Source of the DNA: an uncultured Acidobacteriota bacterium
GTDB taxonomy: Bacteria > Acidobacteriota > JAQAZP01
Direction of reading: 5' to 3'
Length of the DNA: 64,000 nt
Assembly: GCA_963836075.1 (NCBI GenBank)
Contig: CAWIIB010000001.1
Span: forward strand, 544,001-608,000
Shown here: positions 12,981 to 22,152 of the stretch, piece after piece
Layout of the letters: the number at the start of each line of letters is the position of its first letter
Position numbering within the stretch: the stretch's first letter is position 1
Notes under the pieces: model-generated
Told to the model about the DNA's origin: nothing
Seen by the model: the letters and a program-made list of their open reading frames with translations, nothing else
Databases searched by the model: none
Made by a program: the position numbers and the translations under genes

Positions 12981-13833
12981 ATGTTCAGTATTCCCACCGG
13001 ATACACGCTTCTGGAGCCGGCCACCGGCCTGCGGCTGCTGGTCCTTCAGTACCCTGGTACCGCTGGTGCAGCGGCAAGGGCTCACCCGCTTTCCGGAGAG
13101 GCCCGGGTCGGCGGAGGGCGGTCCCGGTCCCGCCGGCGGACGGGGGGCGGTCTGGCGGGCGGAGCTGGGCGACGGCCGTCAACTGGTGATCAAGCACTAC
13201 CGCCGTGGGGGCCTGCTGGGCCGGATTCGCGGCCGGAGTTACGCGGGGGCCTCCAGGCCGCTGGAGGAAATCCGGGTCTGTGCGGCGGCCCATGCCGCCG
13301 GCCTGGGTGTGCCGCCGATCCAGTGCCTCTGGATCGAACGGGCCGGCGCCTTCAACCACAAGCTGGCCGCGGCCACCGTGGAGATCCCCGGGGCCCGCGA
13401 CCTGTTTCAGGCCCTGGGCGGCTGCCGGGACACCGGGGAGCGCCGACAGCTGCTGACAGCCACCGCCCGGTCGGTGAGGAAACTGCACGACACCGGGATC
13501 CACCACCCGGACCTCAACCTGGGCAACATCCTGGTGGGCGGCAGTGGCGACAATCCGGAGATCCACTTCATCGATTTTGACCGCGCCCGTCTGCGCAACC
13601 ACCCGTTGGGCAGCGGCGAGCGGAACGGCGCCCTGGCCCGGATGTACCGCTCGCTGGTCAAGCTGAGCCGGCCTGAGCGATCACCGTTGACCGCCGACGA
13701 AAAAGAACTCTTCCTCGCCGACTACTGGGGGGAGAGGACCGGATTGCAAGCCGCGCTGCGCCGACGCTGCCGCCGTGAACTGGCGCTGCACCGTCTCTGG
13801 TGGCGCCTCAACCCGCCCCGGGCGGGAGGATGA
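12981..13833 (+). CDS. lipopolysaccharide kinase (Kdo kinase/InaA family); probable +1 frameshift at ~13045
   Basis: GGRG.V, VIKHYRRGG, HPDLNLGNIL, IDFDRA in ORF 13066..13833. The N-terminus probably starts at ATG 12981, 8 nt after TATAAT, and joins after removing one T in ctt. Confidence 0.8.
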
Positions 13834-15245
13834 CTCCCATGTCCACCGACACGACATATTCCGGCGGTGCCGCTGCCCTTCCGGACCTCGACACGCTGCA
13901 GCGGATCCTGATCATCCGGCTTGGCGCCCTGGGCGACGTGGTGCGCACCCTGCCTGCCCTGCGGGCCATCCGGCACCGCCTGCCCCGGGCCCACATCAGC
14001 TGGCTGGTGGAGGAAGGCAGCCTGGAGCTGCTGGAGGGGCACCCCGACCTGGACCAGGTGATCCTGCTCCCCCGGCGGCAGTTCTCCACTGAGCTCCGCC
14101 GCCCCTGGCTGCTGCACCGCGGCCTGGGCCGTATTGGCGGTATCGTCCGGCAGCTGCGGGCCGAGAAGTTCGACGCGGTGTTCGACCTCCACGGCCTGCT
14201 GAAGAGCGGCCTGCTGGCCCGGGCCTGCGGCGCCCCGGTGCGCTTCGGTTTCCCGCGGGACCTGGCCCGCGAGAACAGCCACCGCTTCCTGACCCACCCG
14301 CTGGCCGTGCCGCCGGAAGTAAAGAACCGGGTGGACCGGCTGTTTCACATGCTCACCGCCGCCGGTATCGAGCCCCGTCCCGAGGCCGGCAGCGGCATCT
14401 TCCCACCTGACCAGGCCCTGGAGGCGGTTGACCGCTACCTGGAGCAAACCGTGCCCGACGGCTCCCGGGGCGTGGCGGTGGTGGCCGTGGGATCCAGTGT
14501 TCAGCAGTCCTGGAAACGTTGGCCGGTGGACCGCTTTGCCGGCCTGGCCGCCGGCCTCACCAACCGTCTGCCGCTGGAAGTGCTGCTGGCCTGGGGTCCC
14601 GGGGAACGGGAGATGGCCGAGGCTGTGCTGCAGGCCGCCGGCAACCCGCCGCACGTCCACCTGGCCCCGCCGCTGAAGCTGATGGAGCTGGCCGCGCTGC
14701 TCCAGCGCTGCCGTCTCTTCGTGGGCGGGGACAGCGGCCCGATGCACCTGGCCGCGGCCATGGGCGCGCCGGTGGTGGGCATTTTCGGTCCCACCGACCC
14801 CGAGCTGAACCGTCCCCTGGCCCCCGGCGGTTTCCTGGCGGTGCACCCCGAACGCGACTACGGCTCGATGAGCAAGCAGGAGATCCGCCGCACGGTGCGC
14901 ATGGACGAGGTGGCTGTTGACCAGGTGCTGGACGCCGCCGAAACACTGTTCCGATCAGGTACCGGCCCCGGCGAACCCGATACCGCGGCCGGGGACCCGC
15001 AGCCCATGGAACGGGCGGCCCTGCTCACCGGCCCGGTGGAGGCCCAGGTGATCACCCACCTGCTGGAACAGGACCAGATTCCCCACCTGGTCCGGCCCTT
15101 CCGCGAGATCGCCTTTGACGGGGTTTTCGCGCCACAGAAGGGCTGGGGCGAGCTGCTGGCGCCGCCGGAGAGGAAGAAAGAGGTCCTGGCCCTGCTGAAG
15201 GGGGTGCGGGCCGGCGAGGGACTAGGGCAGGGCCCTGATGCGTGA
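13830..15245 (+). CDS. glycosyltransferase family 9 (heptosyltransferase) with a C-terminal DUF2007-like extension
   Basis: ILIIRLGALGDVV, DLHGLLKS, KRWP, GGDSGPMHLAAA.G.P..GIFGPT, plus an extra ~80 aa C-terminal domain. Confidence 0.85.
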   Translation: MTPMSTDTTYSGGAAALPDLDTLQRILIIRLGALGDVVRTLPALRAIRHRLPRAHISWLVEEGSLELLEGHPDLDQVILLPRRQFSTELRRPWLLHRGLGRIGGIVRQLRAEKFDAVFDLHGLLKSGLLARACGAPVRFGFPRDLARENSHRFLTHPLAVPPEVKNRVDRLFHMLTAAGIEPRPEAGSGIFPPDQALEAVDRYLEQTVPDGSRGVAVVAVGSSVQQSWKRWPVDRFAGLAAGLTNRLPLEVLLAWGPGEREMAEAVLQAAGNPPHVHLAPPLKLMELAALLQRCRLFVGGDSGPMHLAAAMGAPVVGIFGPTDPELNRPLAPGGFLAVHPERDYGSMSKQEIRRTVRMDEVAVDQVLDAAETLFRSGTGPGEPDTAAGDPQPMERAALLTGPVEAQVITHLLEQDQIPHLVRPFREIAFDGVFAPQKGWGELLAPPERKKEVLALLKGVRAGEGLGQGPDA

Positions 15246-15716
15246 GACCAGGTCGGTGGTGGCGTGGTCGGTGCTGTCGCCGACGATGCGCACTTCCCCA
15301 CCCACCGATTCCACAACACCCCGTTCCGGCACGCTTTCCACGGTGTAGTCTGTGCCCTTGCAGTGCACGTCCGGCCGGAGGGCCAGAATCACCTGCTCCA
15401 CCGTCGGCTCGGCGAACAGGGTGACGTAATCCACCGGCTCCAGGGCGGCCAGCAGTTCGGCCCGATCCAGCTCCGGCTGGATCGGCCGGCCAGGCCCCTT
15501 CAGGCCGCGCACACCGGCGTCGCTGTTCACCGCCACCACCAGCAGGTCACCTTCGGCCGCCGCGCTGTAAAGGTAGCGCACGTGCCCCACGTGCAGCAGG
15601 TCGAAGCAGCCGTTGGTCAGCACCACCCGGCGTCCGCGGGATTTTTCCGCACGCACCATCTCCGCCAGCTGGGCCAGGGGAATGATTCTGTCCCGGGGAT
15701 CAGAGGCCTGCTTCAA
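15222..15716 (-). CDS. rfaE2: D-glycero-beta-D-manno-heptose 1-phosphate adenylyltransferase (RfaE domain II)
   Basis: TNGCFDLLHVGHVRYL, NSD..V..LKG.GRP, KGTDY. Confidence 0.92.
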   Translation of the reverse strand: MKQASDPRDRIIPLAQLAEMVRAEKSRGRRVVLTNGCFDLLHVGHVRYLYSAAAEGDLLVVAVNSDAGVRGLKGPGRPIQPELDRAELLAALEPVDYVTLFAEPTVEQVILALRPDVHCKGTDYTVESVPERGVVESVGGEVRIVGDSTDHATTDLVSRIRALP

Positions 15717-16728
15717 AACGCACCGCCCCTTCCAGTTCGTCGAGGCCCACCGTGGCGGTGCCCCACTTCTTGACCACCAGCCCCCCGGCCAGGTTGGAGA
15801 GCAGCGCCGCCTCGTAATACGACGCGCCGCTGGCCAGGGCCAGGGTAAAAGTGCTGATCACCGTGTCTCCGGCGCCGGTGACGTCGGCCACCTCGCCGTC
15901 ACCGTGGCTGTGCAGCCTGCGGAAGCCGTCCGCCTCCACCAGCACCATCCCGTCGCCGCCGCGGGTCACCAGCACCGCTTCGGCGGCCAGCTTTTGACGC
16001 AGATCCCCGCCCATGCGGGCCACCAGCTCAACATCACCGTCGGCCTGCTCCTCGAAGATCGACTCCAGCTCCGGCTCGTTGGGCGTGGCCGCCGAGACCC
16101 CGGGGTAGGCCAGCAGGTCCCAGCGGGAGTCGAGGGTCACCGGCAGCCCGGCCGCCCGGGCGGTGCGGATCAGGTGGCCGGCCAGTTCCCGGTCCACGGC
16201 GCCCTGGCCGTAGTCGGAGATCATCACCGCATCCACCTGCCCCACCCGCTGGTCGAGGATCGCGCGGACCCGGTCCCGCCTCTCCTCGTCGTAGGTGAAC
16301 GGTTCCTCGCGGTCCACCCGCACCACCTGCTGCCGCTTGACGTGCCGGCTGCCGGCGCTGACCCGGGTCTTGGAGGTGGTGTGGTGCCCCTCCACGGAGA
16401 GGATGCCGTCGGTGGGCACGCCCTTCTCGTCGAAAATGCCGACCAGCGACCGGCCGTGCTCGTCGGCGCCCAGCACTCCCACCGGCAGCGGCTTGCCGCC
16501 CAGGGCGCCGAGGTTGTTCACCGAGTTGGCGCAGCCGCCGGGCACCACCCGGGTCTGCTTGTGATCGAGGATCAGGATCGGCGCCTCCCGGGAGATCCGG
16601 GAGATCTCGCCATAGATGAAGACGTCGGCGATCAGGTCACCGAACAGCAGCACCTTCTTCCCCGGGAAGCCCTCCAGCAGCTGCAGCAGCCGCCGCCCTT
16701 CCACCCCCTGGATCTGTGGCTCGCTCAT
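15700..16728 (-). CDS. second RfaE domain I-like PfkB sugar-phosphate kinase
   Basis: GDLIADVFIYGEISRISREAP, SDYG.G, TPNEPE, DVTGAGDTVIS. Confidence 0.85.
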   Translation of the reverse strand: MSEPQIQGVEGRRLLQLLEGFPGKKVLLFGDLIADVFIYGEISRISREAPILILDHKQTRVVPGGCANSVNNLGALGGKPLPVGVLGADEHGRSLVGIFDEKGVPTDGILSVEGHHTTSKTRVSAGSRHVKRQQVVRVDREEPFTYDEERRDRVRAILDQRVGQVDAVMISDYGQGAVDRELAGHLIRTARAAGLPVTLDSRWDLLAYPGVSAATPNEPELESIFEEQADGDVELVARMGGDLRQKLAAEAVLVTRGGDGMVLVEADGFRRLHSHGDGEVADVTGAGDTVISTFTLALASGASYYEAALLSNLAGGLVVKKWGTATVGLDELEGAVRFEAGL

Positions 16729-16732
16729 CAGC

Positions 16733-17314
16733 TCAGCCCTCCAGCTCGAGGATCAGTTCCACCGCCGCGGCCAGGTCCTCGGAGACGTGGTGCGGCCGGG
16801 TGGACCAGTTGTGGGCGTGGTATTCCAGCAGTCCGGCGCCATAGCCGGTGCGCACCATGATTCCGGTGAGCCCGGCCTCCATGCCCATGGACACATCCTT
16901 GATGTGATCGCTCACCAGGTAGGACCGGGCCAGGTCAAGGTCCATATCCTCGGCGGCACGCAACAGCATCCCCGGCCGGGGCTTGCGGCAATCGCAGTCC
17001 AGGCGCCAGGGCGGCTGCCCCACGTCCGGGTGGTGGGGACAGAAGTAGATTCCGTCCAGACGGGCCCCGGCCTCCTCGGCAAGCAGCATCTCCAGCCGCC
17101 GGTGCACCACGTGGACCAGCGGCTCCTCGAAATAGCCCCGGGCCACCCCGGCCTGGTTGGTCACCAGCACCGCCGGCAGTCCGGCGTCGTTCAGCTTCCT
17201 GATGGCCGCCGCCGACCCGGGGAGCAGCCGCAGGCGGCGCTCGTGGTTCAGATAACCAACCTCGCGGCTCACCGTCCCGTCGCGGTCGAGAAATACGGCT
17301 TTCCTGGTTCCCAC
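16733..17314 (-). CDS. gmhB: D,D-heptose 1,7-bisphosphate phosphatase
   Basis: FLDRDGT, TNQAGVARG, CPHHP...CDCRKP.PGM. Confidence 0.9.
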   Translation of the reverse strand: MGTRKAVFLDRDGTVSREVGYLNHERRLRLLPGSAAAIRKLNDAGLPAVLVTNQAGVARGYFEEPLVHVVHRRLEMLLAEEAGARLDGIYFCPHHPDVGQPPWRLDCDCRKPRPGMLLRAAEDMDLDLARSYLVSDHIKDVSMGMEAGLTGIMVRTGYGAGLLEYHAHNWSTRPHHVSEDLAAAVELILELEG

Positions 17315-17495
17315 TATTCAGTTTCCTGTTCTGTGAAAAGGGCGGCCACCACTGCCACCGGTTACCTCGGACAAAGATCTGAAAATGGTACTGGTATCGG
17401 GAGCCTATTTCAAGGAGTCCCGATAGACCTCCCGATTTCTATAGAGTATTTATACCTTTTATATACCACTTCAGGATTCAGAACGGAACGCTGCC

Positions 17496-18347
17496 CTACC
17501 CCGCCGGAGTGGATCCTTCAGCGGGCCGGACCACAGGCGGTTTCCCGTCATCAGTGCCGTCATCGCTGTCATCATCGTCATCCGGGTCAGCATCCTCTTC
17601 CTCGGCCGGCTTGCGCTTCTTGAAGACCATGGCGACGAGGATGCTGAAGAAGTAGAGCAGCAGCATGGGGCCGGCAAAGAGGACCTGGGTGGGGATGTCC
17701 GGGGTGGGGGTGATGACGGCGGCGATGATGAAGATGATCAGCACGGCGTAGCGCAGGTTCTTGATCATGAACTTCGGCGTGATCAGCCCCAGGCGGGCGA
17801 GGAAGAAAACCAGGATCGGCATCTCGAAGACCAGGCCCAGGCCAAGCAGGATCTTGTTCAGGGTGCCCAGGTACTCGCGGATGGTGATGATGGCCCGGAA
17901 CTGCTCGCCCACCCCGAGGAGAAAGCCGCAGACCCGGGGAAAAGCCACGTAGTAGCCGAAAGCCGCCCCGCCGACGAAGAAGAGAGTGGAGAAGAAAATA
18001 AAGGGCAAACCGTACCGTCTCTCGCTCTTGTAGAGGCCCGGGGAGATGAAGAGCCAGATCTGGGTGATGACAAAGGGGCTGGTGAGAAAGATACTGGCCA
18101 GGAAGGCCACCTTCATGTAGAGCAGGAAGGGGTCGGCCAGTTTGGTGAAGGCCAGCCCCTCCCCTTCCTTGAGGAAGGGCAGGATGGGCTGGGAGAGGAA
18201 GAGGAACAGCTGCTGGGAGAAGGCCCAGCAGACGAGGAAGCCGACAAAGATGGCGATGGCCGAGTAGACCAGGCGGCGGCGCAGCTCGTCGAGGTGGTCG
18301 AGGAACCCCATGGCCCCTTCCGCGGACTGGTCCTGCTCACCTCTCAT
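17496..18347 (-). CDS. tatC: twin-arginine translocase subunit TatC
   Basis: MGFLDHLDELRRRL, QIWLFISPGLY..E, FEMP, AAVITPTPD. Confidence 0.95.
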   Translation of the reverse strand: MRGEQDQSAEGAMGFLDHLDELRRRLVYSAIAIFVGFLVCWAFSQQLFLFLSQPILPFLKEGEGLAFTKLADPFLLYMKVAFLASIFLTSPFVITQIWLFISPGLYKSERRYGLPFIFFSTLFFVGGAAFGYYVAFPRVCGFLLGVGEQFRAIITIREYLGTLNKILLGLGLVFEMPILVFFLARLGLITPKFMIKNLRYAVLIIFIIAAVITPTPDIPTQVLFAGPMLLLYFFSILVAMVFKKRKPAEEEDADPDDDDDSDDGTDDGKPPVVRPAEGSTPAG

Positions 18348-18736
18348 TGCCGTCCCGCATCCCCGGTGGCGGGTTCATCAAAGGGCAGTTCGGCTTCCGG
18401 GGCCTCGACAGTTTCAGGTTCCCGGTCGGTGGCCGCATCCGCGGGCGGCGGATCGGCCGCCGTCGGGGCGCCCGGTGAGGTCTCCGGTTCGGGGGGCTGA
18501 CGGCGGCTGTACGCGTCTTCCACCTTTTTCCGCTGGGGCGCGTTCTGCTTTTCCTCTTCCTTGTGCACTTCCAGTTCGAGGGTGTTTTTCAGGTCGTTGG
18601 TCGCCCGGCGGAATTCCCCCAGGGCCTTGCCCAGGGTGCGGCCCAGCTGCGGCAGCTTTCGCGGGCCGAAGATGACCAGCGCGATCACCAGGATCACCAT
18701 GATTTCGGGCCAGCCCAGGGAACCCATCCGTTTCAT
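18344..18736 (-). CDS. tatA: TatA/TatB family translocase subunit
   Basis: MGSLGWPEI..ILVIALVIFGPRKLP.LGR.LGK..EFR; directly upstream of tatC. Confidence 0.85.
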   Translation of the reverse strand: MKRMGSLGWPEIMVILVIALVIFGPRKLPQLGRTLGKALGEFRRATNDLKNTLELEVHKEEEKQNAPQRKKVEDAYSRRQPPEPETSPGAPTAADPPPADAATDREPETVEAPEAELPFDEPATGDAGRQ

Positions 18737-18914
18737 GCCTCCGCGTAGACCGTTAAAAGAAGGAAATTCCATGGTACGGTCAGGGCCAAAGCATGTCAAC
18801 ACCCCCATTTGTTGTTTCTCAGTCCAGGATGTTTAAGCTATACTTGAACAGTGAAAAGACCGATTCCGTGAATGATCCGCGGCCACCCGGCAGCGGCGAC
18901 ACATACGAGGAACC

Positions 18915-20579
18915 ATGAAACAGTATCGCATCACCATCATGGCCGTTTGCATCATCCTGATCTCGGCCCTGGCCGGCGGCCTCTTTGGCGCACGGGTGCT
19001 GGCCGTGCCCAGCGGCCAGCCCCAGTATCTGAAACTCTTCTCCGAAATCCTTGAAAAGACCGAAGAGCATTACGCCGAGGAGGTGGACCAGCAGGTGCTG
19101 GTCTATGGCGCCATCGACGGCCTGCTGGCCACCCTGGACCGCCACTCCAACTTCCTCGCCGCGGAGAGTTTCACCGCGATCCGCGAGGAACAGCAGGGCA
19201 AATTCTTCGGCCTGGGCATCGTGGTGTCGATGCGCGAGGACCGGATCACCGTCATCTCACCCATCGAGGGCACACCGGCCTTCCGGCTGGGGATCACCGC
19301 CGGCGACGTGATCGACCGCATCGAGGGCGATTCCACCGAGGGCATGAGCGTCAACGACGCGGTGTCGCTGCTCCGCGGCCCCAAGGGGACCACGGTGAAC
19401 ATCTCCATCGCCCGCCCGGGGTTCAAGGAACTGCTCGACTTCGCCATCGTCCGCGACGAGGTGCCGACGCACAGCGTGATCTACTCCTTCATGCTCGACG
19501 ACGGCGTGGGCTACATCCGGTTGAAGAACTTCACCCAGACCACTTCCGACGAACTGCACGAGACCCTGGCCCGGCTGCGCGAGGAAGGGATGGAGAAACT
19601 GCTCTTTGACCTGCGCAACAACAGCGGCGGCCTGCTGGACCAGGCGGTTCTGGTCTCCGACATCTTTCTCCCCGCCGACCAGAAGATCGTCTACACCCGC
19701 GGCCGGATCCTCAGCTCGAACCAGGAGTATTTCACCGCCGGAGAGTCGAACAACGAGTTCTACGAAAACATGCCGCTGGTGATCCTGGTCAACCGGGGCA
19801 GCGCCTCGGCCTCGGAGATCGTGGCCGGGGCGGTACAGGACCACGACCGGGGCCTGATCGTGGGCGACGCTACCTGGGGCAAGGGCCTGGTGCAGTCGGT
19901 CTACCCCCTGAGCTTCGACAGCGGCCTGGCCCTGACCACGGCCCGCTACTACACGCCCAGCGGCCGTTCCATCCAGCGGGACTACGAGCTGCTGGACGAG
20001 TACTACTTCCCCTCCGCCGATGGGGAGACCGAAGAAACCCCGGTGGCCGAGGGTGAGGTGAGCTACACCTCCACCGGACGCAAGGTAACCGGCGGCGGCG
20101 GCATCAGCCCCGACGTGGAGGTCAAGCAGAACCGCCGCTCGGAGTTTGTCCAGCGCCTGTACGCCTACGCCATCTTCTTCAACTTCGCCGTGAACCTCAC
20201 CACCGGGCACGGCGTGGTGGCCGGCCGGGATTTCGTGCTGGACGACGCCGCCCTGGTGGAGTTCCGCCGCTACCTTGAGGGCCGGGAGATCGATTTCACC
20301 GAGAACGACCTGCTGGAGGGCCGGGAGGAGATCGAGCGGGAGATCCAGCAGGAACTGCTCTCCACCCAGGAAGGCCTGGATGCCGGCTACCGCTTCTTCC
20401 TCGAGGAGGACCTGCAGGTGTTGCGGGCCATTGAGCTCTTCGACCGGGCCGAGGAACTGTTTGTCAGTTCGATGAAGCTGCGCCGGCTGCGGCAGGAGAG
20501 CGAAGCCGATTCGGTGATCTCACGGGCGGATCAGCCGGAAGGCAACCCGGCGGACGCTGCAGCCGCCACCGTTCAGTAG
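18915..20579 (+). CDS. ctpA: carboxyl-terminal processing protease (S41, with PDZ domain)
   Basis: LDRHS, GLGI, DLRNNSGGLL, SASASEIVAGA.QD.DR, TWGKGLVQ, TTARYYTPSGRSIQ. Confidence 0.93.
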   Translation: MKQYRITIMAVCIILISALAGGLFGARVLAVPSGQPQYLKLFSEILEKTEEHYAEEVDQQVLVYGAIDGLLATLDRHSNFLAAESFTAIREEQQGKFFGLGIVVSMREDRITVISPIEGTPAFRLGITAGDVIDRIEGDSTEGMSVNDAVSLLRGPKGTTVNISIARPGFKELLDFAIVRDEVPTHSVIYSFMLDDGVGYIRLKNFTQTTSDELHETLARLREEGMEKLLFDLRNNSGGLLDQAVLVSDIFLPADQKIVYTRGRILSSNQEYFTAGESNNEFYENMPLVILVNRGSASASEIVAGAVQDHDRGLIVGDATWGKGLVQSVYPLSFDSGLALTTARYYTPSGRSIQRDYELLDEYYFPSADGETEETPVAEGEVSYTSTGRKVTGGGGISPDVEVKQNRRSEFVQRLYAYAIFFNFAVNLTTGHGVVAGRDFVLDDAALVEFRRYLEGREIDFTENDLLEGREEIEREIQQELLSTQEGLDAGYRFFLEEDLQVLRAIELFDRAEELFVSSMKLRRLRQESEADSVISRADQPEGNPADAAAATVQ

Positions 20580-20720
20580 CAATACAGGTCTGCACAACCC
20601 GCGGGATGGGCGGCCAGGTCTCACTCTGCATCGTTACGGGCGTTGCCTTGGTGCGTAAAGGCTACCGTCGCAGCTCTGACTTGCTTTCAAGCCGCCCGCT
20701 GCCGCTGACAAAAATAGCTA

Positions 20721-21038
20721 TTAACCCTCGCTACCGACGAGAATCACGGGGGCTCCCCCTGAAGAGATCCGGCCCGCGTCTGCAGCAACCTCTTGCATCT
20801 CCGGGCTGCTCATCGCCTTCTGCAACGCCTCGGCTGACGGGAATGGCATCGTGAAAAGCTGATAGAAGGGGGCCGGGCCTTCCGGAGTCGGAAGAAACCG
20901 CGTAACGGTATAGGGGCGCGAATCCTCTGGAATGTTCGCCTTCTGATGAAAGAGCCCGAGGTGGTCGCTGTAGTCGTTATCGAACTGCGCCGTATCGGTC
21001 GGATGCGGGTAAAGGACCATCAGTTTGACATCGGTCAT
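20721..21038 (-). CDS. EthD-family (dimeric alpha-beta barrel) protein
   Basis: KLMVLYP.P.D...FD..Y..HL, F.S.EALQ.AM.SPE.Q.V.AD; AGGAGG RBS. Confidence 0.8.
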   Translation of the reverse strand: MTDVKLMVLYPHPTDTAQFDNDYSDHLGLFHQKANIPEDSRPYTVTRFLPTPEGPAPFYQLFTMPFPSAEALQKAMSSPEMQEVAADAGRISSGGAPVILVGSEG

Positions 21039-21297
21039 CGATTTCCTCCTCAGGATTGTTGATTGATGTCTTTTTGAGCGGTATCACAAATATACAGATG
21101 CCAACGGACATCCTGGCATTAAGCTATCGTTTCTTAGTCTTCTTGGGCTTGGGCTACAACCAGCGTGCCGAAAGCAGCTTGACCGTTGAAAGCGGTTGTA
21201 TCGTTTCGCAGTTGTGATACTCTCCGATCCGTTGACGTTAACTTGGTGGACATCGGCTCCTTGTTTCAAGATATCGAGGATCCCCAAAAGGACCAAC

Positions 21298-21489
21298 ATG
21301 GCAAAGAAAAAAAACACATTTGAAAAGCGCCAAAAGGAAATGGATAGGATGCGTAAGGCCAAGGAGAAGCGTGAGCGGCGACTCGCGCGCAAATCACCCT
21401 CTGAGGATCAGGAAAGCCCTGACGGAACTCCGACTGTGCGGGAATCCGAGCAGAATGACTCTCAATCCGTGGCGACGCCCCCGCTGTAA
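21298..21489 (+). CDS. small basic hypothetical protein
   Basis: MAKKKNTFEKRQKE..R..KA.EKRERR (63 aa) with an AAGGA RBS. Confidence 0.6.
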   Translation: MAKKKNTFEKRQKEMDRMRKAKEKRERRLARKSPSEDQESPDGTPTVRESEQNDSQSVATPPL

Positions 21490-21724
21490 TGTCCGGCCTC
21501 ATTCGGCACATCATCTTTGGATTGTCTTTTTCGTTTGGGCATAGGTTAATCTTCTGCTGCCTACGTCGTGAATTCATCATGTTGGCTTAGAGGTGGACTC
21601 CATGTGGTCCGGAGCCTGAAGACGAAAGCGAGCAGTCCGCTTGACGAACTGCCGCCAATAGCGATTGTTTCGTCGAGGGTCAAGGCCCTCTCTTCGCAAA
21701 GACAGTTAAGGATGGTGAGGCTTG

Positions 21725-22126
21725 CTACTCCTTGGCGCCTTCACCGAAGAAATTGACTGTGGAATAGCCTTCCACGTCCTTGCCGAACCTCTCCGTTCGC
21801 TTGGGCATGACCAGGAACGTGGCCTGCTCTCCGAACACCTTGGAAAAGATCACCCGTCCCTCTTCTTCGCCCTGCCGGAACAGCAGTTCGGCGAAACGCT
21901 CGCTGCGCCGCGAGGTGAGGTCAAAGTTGCAGACGGGACAGCTGAAGTCGATCTCTTCCCCGGGGTGGGCGGGGAAATCGGAGGGGTGGATCACTTCATA
22001 GTCGCCCAGCCGCGGGCTGAAGAGAAAGAGCCCCTTGAGGCTGGAGAGGTTGGCCTTGAGGATGATCTTGGTGCCCGGGTTCAGTTCGGCACCGCACTTG
22101 GGGCAGAGAAAGCACTTCTTCAGCAT
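21725..22126 (-). CDS. hypothetical protein with two CPxC motifs (Zn-ribbon-like)
   Basis: CPKC near the N-terminus and CPVC centrally; GGAG RBS; last gene of the Fe-S operon. Confidence 0.7.
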   Translation of the reverse strand: MLKKCFLCPKCGAELNPGTKIILKANLSSLKGLFLFSPRLGDYEVIHPSDFPAHPGEEIDFSCPVCNFDLTSRRSERFAELLFRQGEEEGRVIFSKVFGEQATFLVMPKRTERFGKDVEGYSTVNFFGEGAKE

Positions 22127-22152
22127 GGCATAAGCTCCGGCTGCCGTTCCGG

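Noticed and set aside
17395-17425. Hairpin TATCGGGA...TCCCGATA in the AT-rich tatC-gmhB gap
   Set aside because: It has no U-tract and no second copy, so it cannot be told apart from chance or an ordinary leader hairpin.
21612-21645. CTGAAGA-C-GAAA resembling a hammerhead ribozyme core
   Set aside because: There is no stem II between the motifs and no convincing stems I/III or cleavage triplet.
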